Part shown: positions 1 to 13,269 of the stretch, piece after piece | Numbering within the stretch: position 1 is the first letter of the stretch | Layout: each line of letters opens with the position of its first letter | Assembly (NCBI GenBank): GCA_026770705.1 | Contig: JANJGN010000052.1 | Coordinates: 3,410,001 to 3,474,000 of the forward strand | DNA length: 64,000 bases | Direction of reading: 5' to 3' | Origin: Isurus oxyrinchus | Taxonomy: Eukaryota | Notes under the pieces: model-generated | What the model saw: only the letters and a program-made list of their open reading frames with translations | Database searches by the model: none | What the model was told of the DNA's origin: nothing | Made by a program: the position numbers and the translations under genes

Positions 1-240
1 GGGTCCGATGGTGGAACCATGTTAACTTGCGATTGTGATTCTTGGAGTGAAATGCTATGATCCCTCTAGACCTTGTATTCCATGTATTCCATGTATACCA
101 TATCACATACCAGATTCCGACACGTGCTCTCCCTACTAAATGTGCTGGATAACTGTAATTACATGGAATCTGTATACACGAACCTTCCTGCGCTGTCACC
201 TCTCGTGGAGTGTCACCTTTCCACTCTTGTGACAGTCCAA
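1..240 (-). CDS. Siglec-like V-set Ig exon V1 (3' part runs off the window start)
   Basis: Acceptor ctctccccag|TT GGA CTG at 240; open frame VGLSQEWKGDTPREVTAQEGSCIQIPCNYSYPAHLVGRARVGIWYVIWYTWNTWNTRSRGIIAFHSKNHNRKLTWFHHRT; paralogous to the other V exons. Confidence 0.9.
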
Positions 241-869
241 CTGGGGAGAGAAATATCAATATTTTACTCTGTGTGTTTTGTCAATCCACTAGACTCAATA
301 TCCACCCCCTCCTTCACTGGGGCACAGTGGCTGCAGTGTGGACCATCTACAGGACACACAATGAACTCCCCAAGGTATCACAATAGATGGAAGTGAATCC
401 TGGAAACAGGAGTGGACAAGTTCATTCTAAATTGGCTCATGGTCCTCAGGACCCTATTTGTGCACAAGCCTGCTATCCAACAGAACTGAATTTGGGGAAA
501 ATCCATTTGGAATTCCATTGTCCAGGGCATTGTGTTAACTTGCTGAGTTTGTTTCAAATCTAACATCTATTTTTGGTCTGTTGCCTTAAAGGGAGTGTAA
601 CTGGGAGTCAGGTTAATTAGGAATTTTAGGAGTTATTATAGCAGTCATTGTAGACTTACGTCTGTGCTTAAAATCTTTTATTTTGATGACAAATATTTTA
701 ATTTATTTTTTTAAATCTCTAAAGATCTTGGTGGACTTATTGCTTCTGAATTCAGTGCACACATCTCATAATAAATAAAAAAATCAAGAATCATTATGAT
801 CGTGTGACCACCTTTCTCTCATGGACTTGGTCTGCCTGGCACACATCACCTGCCAAGTGCTAACACTGT

Positions 870-2180
870 TGTAATATGCCTTTCAGGGACAGCAGCATGA
901 CATCACTCGAGGGGAAGTGTGTCATGTGATTTTTCGGAACTGGGGTTGGCTTAAGGAAGCTCTCTGTGTATTTGTGTGCATTAGGCATAAGGTATATCTT
1001 TCAGTTCAAGTTTAGTTTGTATTTCTGTATTTGGGTGTTTTGAAAAGGGGGAACTTGAGTTTTGGTTTCACTTTGGAAGAAGCCACCTATCTAATGAGTT
1101 TTTATGACTCTTGAAGGGAAGTCAAAACAAACACAATGTAGAATAAACTGTGCTGTTGCCTAGTAACAGTGGTCCAGAGGGAAAGACCCACAGAGACCGA
1201 GAAAAACAGAAAAGTACTTTCAGTTCTGTTGAAAGGAGTTGCCAGGAGAAGCAGCAAAGGAGCGGGACAGATAGTCAGTCCCAAAGTAAAGATGAAGCCA
1301 AAACCATCGAGTGGAACAGGAGAAAGGGCCCAAGAAAACCTTCTTGTCAGATCTGGAAAAGGCCCTGTTAAGTGAAGTTAAGAGTGAGGAGCAGAAGAAG
1401 GCTTCAAGCATAAAGGCAGAAAGCAGCAGGACACAGACCTAAAGCAAAATAGGCTTGCGAGAAGCCAGAAGATCCTAGGAGACACCACAGGTTGGTGACT
1501 CATTACTACGGCCATGTGAAGCCATGGTGTTCCATTGACACGGCTGAGCATTGGAGAGACAGGGCGTGGAAGGAAGGCTGAATGCACGTGGCGATCCAGG
1601 GGGCAGGAACATGGGAAGGAGAGTTTGAAATAGTGAAAGTGGACCCTTGTGGAAGGTGTCTGAGTGAAAGTGTCATGTTGGAGAAGATTCCAAAGCGAGT
1701 TCTTGGAGAGTGGAGATTGGAAACCCTCATATGGATATCTCAGTTCAGTGAGACTGGTTGGCTCACAGTGTAACAAGCGTCTGGGGTCTGATGAGGAGGG
1801 AGACATAGCATTTGTTCCAAGTGGGTTCTGTCAGTTTCTTTCAGAATGTGGTGTCCCTGACCCCAGGTCGTCTATTGGTTTACATCGACTGTGCACTTAG
1901 TGTGAACATGAGAGTATAAGATAGCTATTGTAACATGTGTTCTACTTATGAATCTGCAAAGGTATAGGTCTGGGTGAAGGAGTAATGTAATATAGTTTGT
2001 CTTTCCACGTTTAATAAATGTGTTATTCTTTAGTTAGAAGTTCATCAGATGACTCCTGTGACTCTGTTCAGTAGCTGCACTCCACATTCCTAAATAAAAA
2101 ATAAAAGTTAGGACCTATCAAGCTGAGTTCCACCCTGGGATCTGACTTGCCCAGTAGTAACATCAGCTGGGATGATAACA
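870..2180 (+). mobile_element. Putative LTR (solo-LTR-like segment), copy 1
   Basis: Starts TGTAAT, ends ...GATAACA (TG...CA), AATAAA signals in its 3' part, non-coding, duplicated at 37211-38502. No target-site duplication recognised. Confidence 0.45.
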
Positions 2181-2983
2181 CCATCCAGTCCAAGTTTCAC
2201 TTTGGCCTGTGAGCAGAACACAGCTCACACAGTTTGGCTGCAGGTGTCTCCCAGCTTTCTATCCTTGTATATCTGTTCTCATGTCCCTGTTCTAAATAAC
2301 TGAACCCACAATGTATTTACCCAATTCCGTATCAGTGGCTGGTGCCTTTATATCATTATAAAAACACAACATGGTGATCAGCGGTGGCCAACCATTCTGG
2401 CAGCAAGATTCAGTACAGGTATGACGTGGTGAACAGCCTTAGATCGAGCTACATGACATGAGATGACCCTCGACGCTTTGGTCAGACCACAACAGAGACA
2501 CAGCATCAGAGAGGGTTGAAATCGCAGTGTACTGACTGCTCAGGAAACCTTTGAAGACACAGTGACGGGAAAGAGTTCAAGTAAAGAGCTGGGGAGCAGA
2601 CGGATCCCTCGTGGTGAGATTACAGCACACGGCCTGTAGGTCAGTGAGTGGGACAGTGTGTATCGCCAGGACCAGCAGCGGGTTAGCTCAGTCAGGGAAG
2701 GCGAGTGACCAGGGTGTGGGCTGGATCGATAGTGAGCGAGGGAGAGTCAAACACACAAAAACCATTATAAAAATCAGCCCAGAGAAGTTAGTGATTATAA
2801 CGGGCGGCTTCGAGATTGCTGAACAGCAAATTGAATAAAAAACAAAGACTCCATTACTCCGTGGTGTGTTCCTGCCACAACCCGTCTTCGTGGGCGGAGC
2901 TTCAGAAAAGCACACAAAAGGGGCTAAAGCGACACTCATCCCAGGTCCTGTAGGATAAGGAAGGTCAAAGGAATATTGTCAGA

Positions 2984-4920
2984 ATGTCCACGAAATTCCC
3001 CAGTTTGAACTGGGATGTAGCTGACCGACTATCTGAATTCAGAATGTTTAAACAGCGTACAGAGCTCTGGTTTCCTGATTCAGGTGTGACTGAACCAGAC
3101 GAACAAGCCATAAAAATTCACCTCGCGATTGGGAATGAAAGTCTACACAGGCTGAACACATCAGCATTAACAGCAGAAGAGCGAAAGGATCCCCAATAGA
3201 TATGGACGATATTGGAAGACAGGGTCAGAATCAGGTTAAACTCCATATTCATCAACTAGAGTTTATGTCATTTCATCAGCCTACACAATCCATAGACCAC
3301 TTCATCAGCCGATGTAGAGAAAAGGGTACGCACTGTGATTTCAAACACAGAGCCTGCAGACACCGTTGTTGAGTTGGCGATCGCATCCACTCCCATGGAG
3401 GCCTTCCAGAAAGATCTGCTAGATAAGACCAAAACCTATAGCATTGAAGAGCTACTCAAGGATGGACATAAATACGAAGTGATCCTCGCAGGTCAACGAT
3501 GCTTACAGGTCCTCAGTACAACATCAATTGTTGACACACTCACTAGAACATCCAAACCTAGTGAGACGTGTGGAAGGTGTGGCCTTCTGCAGGCACCAAG
3601 GAAATGCCCAGCTTTCCACCAATCCTGCAAGGCTTGTGGCAGAAAGGGCCATTGATAGCGGCAGGGCACTAGAGCAAAGGCTGATGCAGCTACAAAGAGC
3701 CGTGCGCTGATCCAAACAGACCCTACACAACGGGGAACCTTCAAGCAAAAAGAATGACCATCCGGTATCCCATCAGGAACATAGACATGTGGTGACTGAC
3801 AAACCAGGAAATGGCGATGATGTACACGACGAGACTAGGAGCGGTGATCGATATTCCACCTCTCACACATATCCTGATGTGGCTTGCCAATAAATAATGG
3901 ATTGTTGTCTTTATTGATCTCTCTGGGCTCATCAAATAAACTGAAAATCTCCCATAGGGGTTGGATTTTCTGGCCCCACCCACTGCCAGGATTGTCTGGT
4001 CTGGTCAAAAGCCAATGGATTTATTTTTGTCCCACTTTCACGTACTACCCTTTCACCTCAGTTCATGACATAACATTGAAATATGCAGAAAGTTTCAACA
4101 ACATTGGCAGTTTCAAAGGAGCTCCAACATTACACCGGCTGGAGAATGCAAGTCTGTCAATTGATCTAGTCCATTTAGCACAACACAAATGCCAGCAGCT
4201 GCAAGAGGGAATGGTGAGATTCCACACTACAGAAACTGAGGAAGCATCTTTGAAGTATCTCCTGATTCAACTTGACCTTATTGGGATGAGCAAGGCATCT
4301 CCCGGGGAGTCATTTCTAAAGACAGGCAGGGCATCAGACTGGAATCTTTGTGATCGGATATTCTGCAACAACTTGGCAGTGGGAAATGGTGGGGACAGCC
4401 TGTCACGGTTAGAAAATGAGGGGCTCATTGGCAGGTGTCAGTACTGTCCACATGTGTGTCCATCTCAGGCTGTTGGCTGGCAGAGTCCTTACAAGGCTTT
4501 GAGATCACTTACAACATTTTGACTGTGACTCTCGACACTCCACTGTGCCTGCTCTTGGACAATGTCCTTTACAGAGCATCGAAGGGAGGGCCTGCTGAAC
4601 CTGCAATGTGAAAGACTGCTCAGGGGTATGTCCAATCCAGCAGGACAAATCTAACCTGGACAATCACTACCTTATCAATTTACTCTTCATCATAAGCAAA
4701 GTGATAAAGGTGTAATCGACATTAAGAGGCATTGACTCAACAATAACCTGCTCATCCAGCATGGTGGTAGTGCCACACAACACAATGGAGGGTATCCTCA
4801 GTGAAAGGACGGGACTTCATCTCCAAGGTTTCTGTTCAGAACCAGGGGCCTATGGAGTTATTACACACAAAGGATCAGCGGTGAGGCCTAACCAAGGAGA
4901 AATCAGATCCATTCCCGCTC
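2984..4920 (+). mobile_element. Degenerate Ty3/Gypsy-type LTR retrotransposon internal region (gag plus pol fragments), copy 1
   Basis: ORFs 2984-3199 and 3335-3655 are gag-like with zinc-knuckle CGRCGLLQAPRKCPAFHQSCKACGRKGH; stops/frameshifts; paralogue at 39306-42360 retains protease and integrase remnants. Confidence 0.75.
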
Positions 4921-5129
4921 CTCAATCACCTTACAGTCCTGTTGCATGGAGTCATCGGGCTGAATTTTCCCGTTGGCGAGCAGGGGGCGGGGCCTGCTCA
5001 GTGACACTATGATGATGCGGGATGACATCAGGAGGAAACCCTGACATCATCCTGCCTCATTTAAATATTCAGGCCCACCCGCCCGACAGGCAGGAAATTC
5101 AGCCCATAGAGTCAAAGATTCACAGGGGT

Positions 5130-7910
5130 CTACAGCACAGTAAAAGGCCCTTTGGCCCATCGAATCTGCGTCGGTCAAACAAGTACCTAATTATTCTAAT
5201 CCCATTAATGCACTGGGCCCAAAGCCTTGTATGCGATGGCATCACAAGTGCACATCCAAATACTTCTTAAATGTTATGAGGGTTTCTGCCTCTCCCACCC
5301 TTTCAGGCAGTGAGTTCCAGATTCAATCTATGCAACATCCTGGTAAATCTCCTCTGCACCCTCTCTAGGGCAATCACATTCTTCCTATAATGTGGGTTCC
5401 AGAACTGCACGCAATATTCTAGCTGTGGCCTAACCAGTGTTCTATACAGTTCCAGCATAACCTCCCTGCTCTTATATTCTATCTCTCGGCTAATAAAGGC
5501 AAGTATTCCATATGCCTTCTTAACCACCTTATCCACCTGTCCCACAACTTTAAGGGAACGGTGGACATGCACACCAAGGTCCCTCTGATCCTTGTTACTT
5601 TCCAGGGTCCTACCATTCATTGTCTATTCCTGTGCCTTGTTTATCCTGCCCAAGTGCATCACCTCACACTTATCCAGGTTAAATTCCCTTTGGCACTGAT
5701 CAGCCCATCTGACCAGCCCGTCTATATCCCCCTGTCATCTAAGGCTATCCTCCTCATTATTTACCCCCCCATCAATTTCCATATCATCCGCGAACTCACT
5801 GATCAACCTTCCTACATTCAAGTTTAGACCGTTTATATATACCACAAACAGCAAGGGACCCAGCACCGATCCCTGTGGAACCCCACTGGACACAGGCATC
5901 CAGTCACAAAAACACCCCTCGACCATCACCCTCTACTTCCTGGCACTCAGCCAATTCTTGATCCAATTTGCCAAATTCCCGGATCCCATGGGCTCTTACT
6001 TTCGTTTACAGTCTCCCATGCGGGACCTTATCAAAAGCCTTGCTGAAGTCCAAGTTGACTATGTCAAATTCATTGCCCTCATCTACACAATTGGTCACCT
6101 CTTCAAAAAATTCAATCAAACTGGTCAGACATGACCTCCCCTTAACAAGACCATGCTGACTGTCCTTGATTAATCCCTGCCTCTCCAAGTGTAGATTAAT
6201 TCTGTCCCTCAGAATTGCTTCCAATGGTTTCCCCACCACTGAGGTTAGACTGACTGGCCTGTTGTTCCCTGGTTTATCCCTTCCTCCCTTCTTGAATAAC
6301 GGTACCACATTGGCTGTCCTCCAGTCCTCTGGTACCTCTCCTCTGGCCAGAGATGTATTGAAAATTATTGCCAGCACCCCTGCTATCTCCTCCTTTGCCT
6401 CACTCAACAGCCTGAGATACATTTCATCCGGGCCTGCAGATATATCTACGTTTGAGACTGCCAGACCACTTAGAACCTCGTTCCTTTCTATTCTAATTTC
6501 TTTAACTATATCACAGTCCTTCTGCCTGATTTCCAAACCCTCATTGCCCCTCTCACTTGTGAACACTGACACAAAGTGTTCATTTAGAATCCTACCTACG
6601 TCTTCCGGCTCCACACACAAACTACCAATATGGTCCTTAATGAGCCTTAATCTTTCCCTAGTTATCCTCTTACTCTTAATGTACTTGTAAAATAACTTTG
6701 GATTTTCCTTCATTTTTCCTGCTAATGTTTCTTCATGCCCCCTTTTTGCTCTACTAATTTTCTTTTTAAGGTCCCCCCTACACATTCTATACTCTTCTAA
6801 GGCTTCCACTGTTTTGAGCCCTCGGTATCTGCCATAAGCCTCCCATTTTCTCTTTATCCAATCCTGTAAATCTCTCGACATCCAGGATTCCCTGGATTTG
6901 TTGGTCCCACCCTTTGCCTTTACTGGAATATGTTGGCCCTGTACTCTCCCCACTTCCTTCTTGAATGAGTCCCATTGCTCTGACGCAGATTTCCCTAAAG
7001 GTAGCTGCTCCCAGTTCCACTCTGGCCAAATCATATTTGATCTTATTAAAATCAGCCTTTCCCCAATTGAGAACTCAGATTTCTGGCCCATCCTTGTTCT
7101 TTTCCATAACAACCTAGAATCTAATGGAATGATGATCACTATCTGCACAATGCTCCCCCACTGATACGTCTACCACTTGCCTGGTTACATTCCTTAAAAT
7201 TTACTCCAGGACCGACCCCTCTCTTGTAGGATCTTCTATGTACTGGCTTAAAAATCTCTCCTGGATGCATTTTAACAATTCTGCCCCCTCTAAAACTATC
7301 ACACTATGACTAACCCAGTTATTGTTGGGGAAGGTGAAAAGCCCCACCATTACAACCCGATTATTTTTATACTTCTCTGAATGTTGCCTTTGTATCTGCA
7401 ATTCTATTTCTCTGAGTGTCATTGGGCCTGTAGAACACTCTCAGCAAGCTGATTGCTCCTTATTTGTTTTTAGGTTCTACCCATATGGCTTCATTTGAGG
7501 AGCCCCCTAAGGTGTCTTCCCTCCTCACTGCAATAACTGATTCCTTGATCAATCTTGCAATACCCCCTCCTCTTTTACCTCCTTCCCTGTCTTGCCAGAA
7601 GACCCTGTATCCTGTAATATTGAGCTGCCAATCCTGCCCCTCTCTCAACCATGTCTCTGTGACAGCAATGACATCATACATCCATGTGTTATTTGTGACC
7701 TCAACTCATCTGCTTTATTCGTCAAGACTCCTTGCATTAAAATAAATACAATCCAACTTTGCCACGCTATCTTGTGCCTTAACTGGCCAATAATTTCTCT
7801 GCCTTCCAGGTTCACTTGCTCTCTCTTCTAATTTTGGCTGTGCATCTCCCTCTGCTGAACCTCCTCTCGGGATCCCATCCCCTGCCATGTTAGTTTAAAA
7901 CCTCCCCAGT
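5130..7910 (-). mobile_element. CR1-clade LINE, ORF2 (endonuclease + reverse transcriptase), decayed
   Basis: ORFs 7460-7681 (YDVIAVTETWL, APE endonuclease), 6006-7148 (WRTANVVPLFKKG, RPVSLTSVVGK, LDFSKAFDKVPH), 5735-5929 (GVPQGSVLGPLLF, FADD), 5303-5620 (LVRPQLEYCVQFW). Confidence 0.95.
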
Positions 7911-10368
7911 TGCATCAAGGGCAAAATGCCAATTGAAACCAGGGAGAACATCCAAGAATGACAATCCCACAGATCACTGTGAGCATTTAAAGACACCTCC
8001 AGACAAGGTTACTACCACAAGATCTGGGCGTAAGTGCAGATTACCTCTACTCTTTAGAGACTCAAATATTCAACAAATCTATACTGTTATCTAATTGTCA
8101 ATAAAATTGAAAATGATACCAGAAACCTCTTGTTCCCTGTCCTTCTCAAAGATCCATCCCTGCAGCTGGAGCCTTAAGAGTTATTGATGTGGGGCTTAAT
8201 TTATCAGATTGTCGAATGATCGGGAACAAAAGGAAGCCATTTGGCTCATCGAGCCTGTGCTGGGCCTTTGAAATATCTGTCCAATTAGTCCCACTCTCAC
8301 CTCTGCTCTCTCCTCCACAGCCCTGCAAAATGTCCTCTTCAAGTATTTATCCAGTTCCCCTTCTGAAAGTTCCTGTTGAATCTGCTTCCACCGCCCTTTC
8401 AGGCAGTGAGTCAATGGTCTCTCTCTGAGCTGCAAAGTGCTAATGTTCTGTGAAATTTAAACTCTGCAGCAGGTCAGAGACAATTATGATAACTCAGAAT
8501 ATTTGACAGTTCTACACACAGACAGCTTTGCCTCCCTTGTCTCTTTCAGTTATCTTGCTCCCTTATTGAAGTATCTAGCATTGTGAGAATGGACAGGAAG
8601 AGTGACACTGAACAGCCTGTCTATTCTAGGAGCTGCTGTGTTGTCTTCATGGGAAATTCTGACTAAAATCAGCAAAAGACACGAAGTTTCAGGGCATTGT
8701 TATCCGAGTCCTAACATCAGGGTAGACCTCATCCCCCAGTTTTTATCCCTGATTTTCTATTCAGCCGATCGCTCCCCTGTCACTGGCTGACCTACACTAA
8801 CTCTCAGTCCAGCAATGACTCAAATTTCAAATTCTCATCATTGATTTCTTACCCCACCATCCCCCCTCTACACTCTCTATCACTGTAACCTCCTCCAACC
8901 CTAAAAACCTCAGAGATCTCTGCTCTCCTCCAATTCTGCTGTCAGACAGGAGGTCAGTGTGTATCAGTAAGCACAGAGGTGATGGGTGAATGGGACTTGG
9001 TGTGAGTTTGTACACTGGCTCACTGGCTCAATCGGGCAGGATTGAGATGGACTCCCCCACGGACTAACACCCCCCGCTTAATAAACAGTTCCAATCTTTA
9101 CCCAGAGAGAGGGGAGAATGTGGAACTCGCTCCCACAGGGAGTGGTTGAGGTGAACAGTATCGATGTATTTAAGGGGCAGGAGGGTCGGTAACCAGAGGG
9201 ACACAGATTGACCAACTGGAGGGGGAGATGAGGAGAATTTGTTTTGACAGAATGAGTTGTTGTGATCTGGAAGGTGCTGCCTGAAAGGGAGGTGGAAGCA
9301 GATCCAATAAGAACTTTCAAAAGGGAAATTGGATAAACACTAGAAGGAGGAAGATGGGGGCAAAGTGGAGTGGTGGTTAGTGGATCTGATGGGATAGAAC
9401 TTTGAAAGACCTGGCACAGTCTCAATGGGCTGAATGGCCTCCTCCTGTGCTGTATCATTCTCTGCTTCCATGATCTCTCCCCCAGTCAGTAACCACTCCA
9501 GATCCCTCTTGAAGGTGACAGAGAAACAGCAACCACCACACCCACTGACAGCACATTCCCGAGGATCCCTACTCTCTGGGAAAAGATGAACTCCCCAACA
9601 TCCAGCCTATTCCTGCTTCCCGGAGAGTGTAAACCCTTCAGGGATGCGCTGAGGAAGTTTTCAATAAAATGACATCAAATCTACCGTTTGAGAAATAATT
9701 GAATTCCGATGAACTCACAGCTTGTGTAGCAAACTGGGAAGTAGAGTTGCTGGGAAAGCTGGGAAACACAAGGATTAAGGGCTACAATGCCACCACTGGT
9801 GGGTGGCTGTAACTACACCGTGACGTTTACATAGGCAGTCATCATTACAAACAGGGGCATTGCACATAATGGGAATTATGTGCACGGAAATAGTGAGAAC
9901 ACTATGTAAGCTTTTCATCAGCAGGAATTCCCTTCCTAAACCTCTCCAACTCTCTCTTACTCTCAGATACACAAAGAAAATCACACAGAATCAGATAAGG
10001 AAGAGTTGGGTTGGTGATTCGTCAAAGGGTTAGGTTTCAGGAAGCTTCTTAAAGGGAGAGAGAGAGTTGGAGATGCAGAGAGTATCTGTGAGTGTCTCTA
10101 TGCATCTGAGTGTCTGTAATAGTAATTTCCATATTCTTCCATAAATATGAATGGGAACACAAATCCCAGAATTCAGGCCAACTCTCCAGTGCAGTACTGA
10201 GGGAGGTCAGGTAACCCATGAGGGAGTGAGTGTTAGTGTTTGTGTGTGAGTGTGTCTTTGTGTGTGTTCATATATGTGTGTCTGCACGTGTCTATTTAGG
10301 TGTGTATGTTCGATGGTGTTTGTGTCGTGTTCGAATCTGAGAGAGATGTTGAAGTCTGTGTAACTCAC

Positions 10369-10521
10369 GTTCCACAGTGATGGTTATGAACCCATCCACT
10401 GCTCCATGTTCATTCTCTGCCACACACTGATAGTCTCCAGTGTCCCTGGATGTAACATGAGGAATCACCAATCACAGCTAATTTTTGGAACTTGTTCTGT
10501 TCATTTGGACATTCAGATGTC
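10369..10521 (-). pseudogene. 5'-truncated membrane-proximal Ig exon (unit A)
   Basis: 3' half (..HVTSRDTGDYQCVAENEHGAVDGFITITVE, donor gtgagt at 10368) matches 30607-30888, but the 5' half and acceptor are replaced by unrelated sequence. Confidence 0.85.
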
Positions 10522-10844
10522 ATGGCAGGAATCAAGAAGCCCGTTCACAGGATTACCAACAGAAAGTGAACAACAATTTATACTTAATGGGAAGAGAGTG
10601 CTGATTGGTTGGCAAGTGGTCTCTGATAGGAGGAGGTGTTGCCATGGAGAATGGTGTGTGCGAGATGTAAAGTTTAGACAGCTTGTCTCTTCATTCAGCA
10701 ATAATCATATAAAGATCAATTAACTTCTATCGACTTTGAAGCACTTAGAGAGGCCTTAGAATGTGGATACTGAGAATGGGCTGCACTGTCAGAGGGTCTG
10801 CGCTGAGGGAGTGCTGATGTAGCATGAAAGGTGTATGTAATTAC

Positions 10845-11141
10845 CTTGCACAGTTAGTACGAGGGTCCGCTCCGATGAAACAGATGGATATCTCACTCTG
10901 CAGCTGAGATTGTGTCCGTGGTGTTTGAGTGATGGGATCAGGGTCAGAACAGAAGTATAGGTCAGAGTGACACCATGCTGAGTTACAGTGTTTGAGACTG
11001 ATCCAGGTACGTCAGTGGGAGTGTCCCAGGTTAAGACAGGTGCTGCTGTTCCATTGCACGTTGTGTTGAAGGTGCAGCTTACATCCACACGCTTTCCTGC
11101 AATAATTTCAGCAGGGAATATCGTGGGTTTATCTGTGAAAT
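10845..11141 (-). CDS. Siglec-type domain-2 C2-set Ig exon (unit A)
   Basis: ttag|AT TTC ACA GAT...CAA G|gtaatt, 297 nt, phase 1-1; DFTDKPTIFPAEIIAGKRVDVSCTFNTTCNGTAAPVLTW...LSCRVRY with the extra B-C loop Cys typical of Siglec domain 2. Confidence 0.9.
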
Positions 11142-12000
11142 CTAACAAACAGAGAATGGATCCTTTTAGAGAAATATAACGTGAAGCATCAGTTCAAATA
11201 GAAACCACAGTCCCACAAGAGAAAGCACTTTTACAAGGATGATATCAGAACTGAGAGGTTACAATGATCAGGAAAGATTTTCTTGCTCTTTGGCAGTAGT
11301 GTTTCTGTCTCTCAGCTTAATACACGTTCACTCCGAGACATGTGAATTGAGAACACTGGATGAGAGAAGAGGCTCAGACCAGAGATTGGAGTTAAAAGCA
11401 GAATACTGTGGATGCTGGAAATCTGAAACAAAAACAAAAATTGCTGGAAAGACTCAGCAGGTCTGACAGTATCAGTGGAGAGGAAGACAGGGTTAACGTT
11501 TCGAGTCCGTATGACTCTTCATCAGACCAGAGGTTTCTGTTCACTGGCTTCTCATTTCCTCAGTGATCTGGGTGATTTATTACATTGTGGTTTGTTGGAT
11601 CTTGCTGTGCACAAACTGACTGCTGTGTTTTACATCTGTGACTACAATTCAGGAATAATTTCATTGGCTGTGAAGGGATTTGGATCCTCCTGAGGTGGTA
11701 AATTGCGCTGCAGAAATGCACATCTTTCTTTTATCGATACGTCAGACTTTTAAACAGGACAGGAGAGATTGATGGGAGTGGATAACCTGATAATACAGTT
11801 AATGCTTTTCATCATTGATATTAAAGTGAGTATTAGAGGTTGCTTTAGGACTGAACTGGAAGCCATCACCAGGTTATTGAGAATCAGACAGTGTGTTAAA
11901 ATAAGTTGTGTTTTGTGTTAATATGTAAACGTCACAGTTTGTGTTATTTCCCATTGAGTGTTGAATGTGAATTGTTGAGTAATTATAACACAGCACTTAC

Positions 12001-12369
12001 CAGAAACGTGAAGCTGGGTTACAGGGTAATAGTTATGGCTCGGACCATTGTCAAATTCTATTCTGAAAAAATAAGGTCCTGCATCTTCCCGTCTGATGTT
12101 GTTTATAATCAGGGAACAGTCGCCATCTTTCAGGTCTCCAGACAGCCGGGTCCGATGGCGGAACCGTGGTAACTCGTGACTGTGATCCTTGGAGTGAAAG
12201 GCAATGGGAGCCCAGGGAATCTGTGTCTCATTATTAAACCAGAGTCCACCTCGTGGTTGATTTTCCAAATGTGCTGGATAACTGTAATGACATGGAATCT
12301 GTACACACGAACCTTCCTGCGCTGTCACCTCTCGTGGAGTGTCACCTTTCCACTCTTGTGACAGTCCAA
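12001..12369 (-). CDS. Siglec-like V-set Ig exon V2 (essential Arg present; unit A)
   Basis: cag|TTGGA...TCT G|gtaagt, 369 nt, phase 1-1; EGSCVQIPC, GDCSLIINNIRREDAGPYFFRIE Siglec V-set signature. Confidence 0.93.
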
Positions 12370-13229
12370 CTGGGGAGAGAAATATCAAATATTTAACTCT
12401 GGATGGTTTGTAGATCCACTAGACTCGATATCCACTCCCTCCATCACTGGGGCACAGTGGCTGCAGTGTGGACCATCTACAGGACACACATGGAACTCCC
12501 CAAGGTTTCATAATGGATGGAAGAGAATCCTGGACACAGGAGTGGACAACTTCATTCTACATTGGCTCATGGTCCTCAGGACACTGTTTAGTGAAGCCAG
12601 TCTTCCACCCAACACAGTGTCTACAAGACACACAGGGAAACTGTGTAAACATCTCATCTCTCTAAACTGACTGGTTTGTCTTCGGTTTAACTTTCAGTTA
12701 TTTTACTTCCTTATTAGGTTGCTATGGTGAAACTGTGCAGGAAGTGTGAGGGCTGGACTCTCTGTCTATTCTCACTGCAGCTGTGATGTAGTCGTGGTGA
12801 TTTGCAGTAAAATGAAACCCTCTGATCTCCTACATCCCGAGGTTTAGGGAGTGAATTCCAGAGCTCAGGCCCCAGGCAGCTGAAGGCCCGGCCGCCAGTA
12901 TTGGAGTGATGGGAATCGAGGGATGGTCAAGAGGCCGGAATTGGAGTAACACAGAGATCTGGGACGTTGGTTGGGAGAGTTGCAGGAGGTTACAGAGATA
13001 AGGAGGCAGTGTGAGGCAATGGATGCATTTGAACAAAGAGATGTGAATTTTAAGTTTGAGATGTTGTAGGACCAGGAGTCAGATAGTTTAGGGGTGATGG
13101 GTGAATGGGACTTGGTGTGAGTTTGTACACTGCCTCACTGCTGAATCAGTTCCCAATCACAGCTCAATAAGAATGATCTTTTACAAAGACTATTCACCAT
13201 AAATCTGTCCGAGCTGACAATGATATTAC

Positions 13230-13269
13230 CTTGGAGAAGTGACAGGAGGAAGTAAGATTTCCCGATCAT
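13230..13269 (-). CDS. Signal-peptide exon (unit A): MIGKSYFSLSLLQ
   Basis: Acceptor ctttctctttcag at 13312, GACAATG start context, donor CAAG|gtaata, phase 1 joins V exon giving MIGKSYFSLSLLQVGLS/QEW. Confidence 0.85.

Noticed and set aside
320-370. CACAGTG heptamers near V exons and at Ig exon ends, suggesting V(D)J recombination signals
   Set aside because: No ACAAAAACC-like nonamer at 12/23 spacing where I checked; V exons contain their own G strand and end in splice donors, so this is not a rearranging Ig/TCR locus.
11918-12388. Single-exon V-domain ORFs as listed in the track, and assigning symbols such as CD22, MAG or SIGLEC1
   Set aside because: The ORF ends run into introns; orthology cannot be determined without phylogeny and synteny, so no gene symbol is given.
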